A DNA stretch of 64,000 nucleotides from Vicugna vicugna (Eukaryota). Location of the stretch: NCBI GenBank assembly GCA_013265495.1, contig MU061579.1, forward strand, positions 2,167,319-2,231,318, read 5' to 3'. The notes beneath the pieces are model-generated. The model saw only the letters and a program-made list of their open reading frames with translations, was not told the DNA's origin and searched no databases. Positions 59,481-64,000 of this stretch are shown one piece after another. Position 1 is the stretch's first letter; each line of letters starts with the position of its first letter. A program made the position numbers and the translations under genes.

Positions 59481-62263
59481 TCATATTGGTCATCATGGTT
59501 ACAATTGGCTTCTCTTGTTACTCAGCAATAGGATGTATTATTGAATTTTATTTTTGCTGAATTTAAGTCAAGGAGTGAACTGTATGAATACATGATGATT
59601 ATTCAAGTCTAAGTAATTTCTTTTTCTAATTTATCAGTTATATTAGGGTGAAGGAATGGTTTCTCTTCTATTCTCTACACAATTTCTGCTCAACAAGGGA
59701 GGCTAAAAGCATCAGACTGTTAAGGCAACCACTCTGTCCTCCAGACAGACTATGCCTGAAGTTTCTCACGCACGTTGCAATTGGCATTTAAAGGAAAATG
59801 GAGTTCAATAAATGGAATTTTGCTTTACAGCCAACTTTGGTATAAAATACATATCCATTACACCTGAGGATTCGAATGCTATTTTAAAATCCTTCCAATT
59901 AAAAAAAATACATGAAATTTGATAACATTTTGCTAATGTGTACTTGAGAAATTTTTTTAGATATAGATATATTTTCCTTGGTTAGGTTAAATTAATGATT
60001 TTCAGAAACTTGCCTTGTTCTATTGGAAACAAATAAGGATGAAGACTTTTTAGAAGAAATAGAGTAGTAATATAGAATTAGAATTAGAGTAGTAAAATAG
60101 CTAATTACAAAGTAAACACCTAAATTTTGTTGTTAGTAACTTCAAATGTAAATTTAATTTAGACTTATGTATCTCTAAATAATGAGAACTACTTGCAGAG
60201 AAGCAATTATGAGGATTAGCTAGTTTCTCTCTTTCCTTAAAGAAAAATGAAATATGGGTCACATTGGTTATTTTGCAATATATTCACGGGGTCATGAGGT
60301 TCAGCTTTAAAGTGATATTTTTATTTCTATATGTTGAGTATGTTATGTGATATGCTGCCCTGTTCATATAAATGCCACCTTAACACTGGCTTGAATAAAT
60401 TCAAATCTGTAGAAATATACTCTTGTGTTTTTGTTATTTATTTAGAGACTTTTTTTAATTTTAAAGAATAAAAGTTTGAATCACGTTAATAGTATTTGAA
60501 AGCTATCTATAATTTAATGGCTCAGAAAGTTCATAGTTGCTTCAGTTGGACTATGGGAGCTAAGACTTCAGCCTAAGATTTGGGGGAGACAGTTCCACTC
60601 ATAAGATTCTTTAGAGAAAGACTGGAGAGTCTAAGTGACTAGCCTAAGCTTCTGCATTCTGTTTGTGTTAGGATCAGAGTAACAGTTCTAATTTCTTTTA
60701 CACTTTCCGGAGCGTTCTATCGCTCTTCCCTAGATTAATGCGTAAGTCTATTCTACACAAATAGACTGCAGGTTTCTCAGCACTGGCCTCACTTAGACTC
60801 CCTCTGAATTTATGGGGGAGTGACTGAGGTTCACCTGAATCTATACCTGCTTTGGTTCTTATCTTAAGGTTTTTAGTTAAGGGAGGATCAGTTAATTCAA
60901 TTTTCTATGTATCTTTGAGACATAGTTGCCATCTATTTATTTGGCAGAGATTTATTAAGAAGCCTTGTAGTCCTGCGGCTGCCCAGACGTGGGCTGTTAA
61001 TTTCCACAGGGCTTGTGAGTGTTCTCTTCTGTCCTGTGAGGGAGGGGAAATTAGTGTCACCGAGTTTTCAGGTGTATGCTGTTTAACAGTTACGAAAGTT
61101 TTTTCTGAGGTTGTATTGTTCTCCAAGGAGCAAATGGCGCTCCTAACCAAGTACGTCTGTAACATTCATGAGTGCTGATGACACGTGTTGCCATGATGTC
61201 TGCGAAGAATGTCAGTGATTCGAAATTTCAGTTCCCTTCCCTCCACTTCATCCTGGGCCTCTCACGAGTTCATCAGCCAGTGAAGGTAACAGATTGTAAT
61301 ATGCATTAACATCAACCTCTAATGTTAATATTCTTATCTTTTTTCACCTAAGAAATAGGAAAGTGCATCAGAATGGAAATTATTTATAGGCCAAGTTGCA
61401 GGAAACATATGCCAAGCCTGTAATATATTAAATTTATATTTATTTTGGGTTAATGTGCATAGGATGTGAGAAGTTAAAACAACTGTTCTTATCATTACTT
61501 TTTTGCATTTAAGATCCAAAAATGTTTTAAAGTAGAGACTGTGCGGATGATAGTGTAGATACACCCATTATGCTTAATGCATTCAGAAGGCTACTTTGTT
61601 ATAACACCGTATACGGGTATTATAATATTGCATGTGCATTTGGAGGCACATTTGTTAAGAACTTTAGTTTAAAATTAAAATTTAGTTTAGACCCCACAGA
61701 GCAGACATTTACTTGAGAAACAAGCTGTGAGTCATTTACCTATGACATATATTGTGCAATATATTCTGCACCAGCCCTGACAGAAGTTAACACTTTCTTG
61801 TTTTTCACTTTTTCCTCTCCATGAAAAGCCTCCTTAGGGTATTTTGAGAGGTATTATGAAAATTTTAAGAAGTATTTTGTGAGAATAGTAGTGACTATTA
61901 GACAGAAAAAGACCACTTAGGATGCAAGGACAAAGTGAGCCTGGGACATGTCGTTTCTTTGAGAAGGTGACAGAAATAAAGGACCCCCAAAAAAGCTTGA
62001 CTGGTTAGGACTGAGCCAAAGAAGTTGGGCCAATGTGTGGAGAGCTCATGCCTGTTAGCGGGAACAAGAACTCTCTATCTGGTGTCAAAATCAGAAAATA
62101 ATTAGGGAAGAAATGTGAAAAGTGTCAGGAAGTGGTGAGAGTCTTATAAAAAGGAAATTACTCTGGCACCTCATTGTGTATTGATTACTCAGCGATGAGG
62201 GGTAAGAAGAGGAAGTTGTAGCTGTCGCAGAAAGACATGCCTAAAGCAACAAAGCTTGTGTGC

Positions 62264-62332
62264 AATAAAAATAAAATAAAATAAAATAAAATAAAATAAA
62301 ATAAAATAAAATAAAATAAAATAAAAAAAATA
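62264..62332. repeat. (AAAAT)n pentanucleotide microsatellite
   Basis: Read directly; it produces the FILFY-repeat minus-strand ORFs. Confidence 0.97.
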
Positions 62333-64000
62333 AGGCTTGACCTGAAGGAACCTAGGCCCTCTGCCTTCATCAGAGCTTCCTCTCTCCCCACCCTCTATCT
62401 CCCACACATAATTTACTTCCCTGACATACTGCTTTCAGCTCTCTCCTGTTATCTTTTTCATCATCTGTTTCTCCTAAGATTTTGTTCTCCGTATTTTTAT
62501 GCCACTTGCTACATGGTATTCGGTGGAAAATTTAGTACATACAGCTTTAGGCCAAAATCTCTGTTCTTAGACAATTTACATTGGAATCAATCGCTAGAGA
62601 TGGGAAGGTGTCACTGCTGATTCTCTTTTGGATATTAAAATTTGGTTGGTAAGATAAGTAAAAGTTTTGGGGACAATTATTTGGTTTTTTAAAAATTTTT
62701 TTGTAATGGGTCAGTCTAAATTTCCCATGGTGCCTTCATTTATTTTATTCATTTTTTTGATAAGACAAATAACCCAGTATGAAAAAAATGTGGGTGGGAG
62801 ATACTTACAAGTATGTTTGTATCAAAAGAAGAGTGTGAGGAAGAGCAGCAAGTGTTCCACTGATGCAGCGGTTAGGACATAGGATCAATTGTGACGTAAG
62901 TTTGTTTATGTTACATTGGCTTAAACAAAAGTAGCATGTTTCATGTCTTGCTCACGTTAAAAACCCATCACACTGGTACAATGGCTGGGCTCCGCGGTGT
63001 TAGGTATAGGCTCCTGTGGTTTCATGCCTCACCACCCTGTCTGGGTTGCTGTGACTCTCTATGATGTCTGTAAGAAAGTAAAAAGGCGAGGGAAGTCACC
63101 TCTGGTCCTTTATAAGCATGACCTAATTTGTGTATATCACTTTTGTGTACATGCTGCTGCCCGTAAATTAATCAAATGATCTTACCTACCTGTAATGTAG
63201 CTTGGGAAGATAGGGTTCGTGTCATGGTTAAGAGAAGGCTGGAATGGATACTGATGGCCAGCCAGTGGCCCTGGGCAAAACTAAGCTTTCGGACAGTGTG
63301 ACAGAAAAAGATGGAAGGAATCTGGGCATCCAAGTGATCACCTGAAGCAGAGCTATACTGCCAGCCCGGATCACTCACCTCTAGAACTTGATATAAAATG
63401 AATAGATTTCTTATATTTTAAGCTATTCTGCTTGTTTTGTTTTGGTTTTTGGTCTCTCTGTTTCAGCTGCCTATCTACCAGTCTCTTAACTAATATAGCT
63501 AGATGGGGAAAAATATCGAAAGTAGATCTTTTAACACTATTTAGTAACATATATATATATATTGTGTATATGTATATGATAATTAGGAAATAGTGCAGAA
63601 TTATAGCAGCTGAACTTGAAGGGAGATGGAAGTTTCTCTGCAAATTTCCAGTTAATATAAAAGGACTCCTTTTTATTCCTGTTCCCTCCCACCTCTCTTC
63701 TTCCTTTTCCTGTTGTTTTGGTTCTTCCTGTTTATTCCTTCAGTAAATGACTTGAAACAATGATCTGACCCTGATTTTAGACATAAAAGTGCCAAGAGTG
63801 ATTATTAAGGATTATCTAAGTGAATGTCCATTAAAAGGAAAGTCTTTATATGAGAGAATTTAAAATTTTAGAACTGTGGTTGTATGTTATTTTACTGTAT
63901 TTTTGAAAAACTTCATCCTCAAGCTTTTGAATTCTGACCACTTATGTGACAATATCTTGAGAGATTATAAATTTGCCTTTAAGGTTCGGGTCTATCTGTA

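Noticed and set aside
62185..62407. Hydrophobic FILFY-repeat ORFs as membrane peptides
   Set aside because: They are translations of the (AAAAT)n microsatellite.
1..64000. The many 60-132 aa ORFs in the six-frame track as genes
   Set aside because: None has recognisable homology except L1 ORF2; many start at TTG or GTG, overlap repeats or are low complexity, as expected by chance in mammalian non-coding DNA.
1..64000. Prokaryote-type systems (CRISPR arrays, operons, defence islands, IS elements)
   Set aside because: No repeat-spacer arrays or gene-dense regions; the repeat content is clearly mammalian.
1..64000. Known miRNA, snoRNA or snRNA genes
   Set aside because: I recognised no mature sequence or box arrangement by eye; a partial miR-218-like start (ttgtgcttga, about 22265) diverges immediately. 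An Rfam/miRBase search is needed to exclude them properly.

Overview
This is AT-rich, CpG-depleted mammalian nuclear DNA, not a prokaryotic or viral region. Two copies of a tRNA-derived SINE resembling Vic-1 and L1 3' ends of a cetartiodactyl-like type point to a camelid (camel, alpaca or llama); I saw no Alu, Bov-A/BovB, PRE-1 or SINEC. I can support no host protein-coding gene. The only ORF with recognisable homology is a broken L1 ORF2 C-terminus (16006-16224, minus strand); the rest look like chance or repeat-derived ORFs. Recognisable content is old interspersed repeats (MIR, L2, one L3/CR1, L1, five MLT1 solo LTRs, three MER20, MER58A, MER91A), microsatellites, and unique stretches with enhancer-like motif or CpG clusters. 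All five MLT1 LTRs, both SINEs and most L1s lie on the minus strand, which suggests a very large intron of a plus-strand gene that I cannot name. The best leads are a frame-preserving 87-nt candidate exon (56804-56890), a possible SINE-L1 chimera (20387-20758), three MER20 copies within about 17 kb and several candidate enhancers. I found no convincing novel biological system. Repeat families were recognised by eye from remembered consensus sequences, so subfamily names are tentative and boundaries approximate unless a target-site duplication (TSD) is given.
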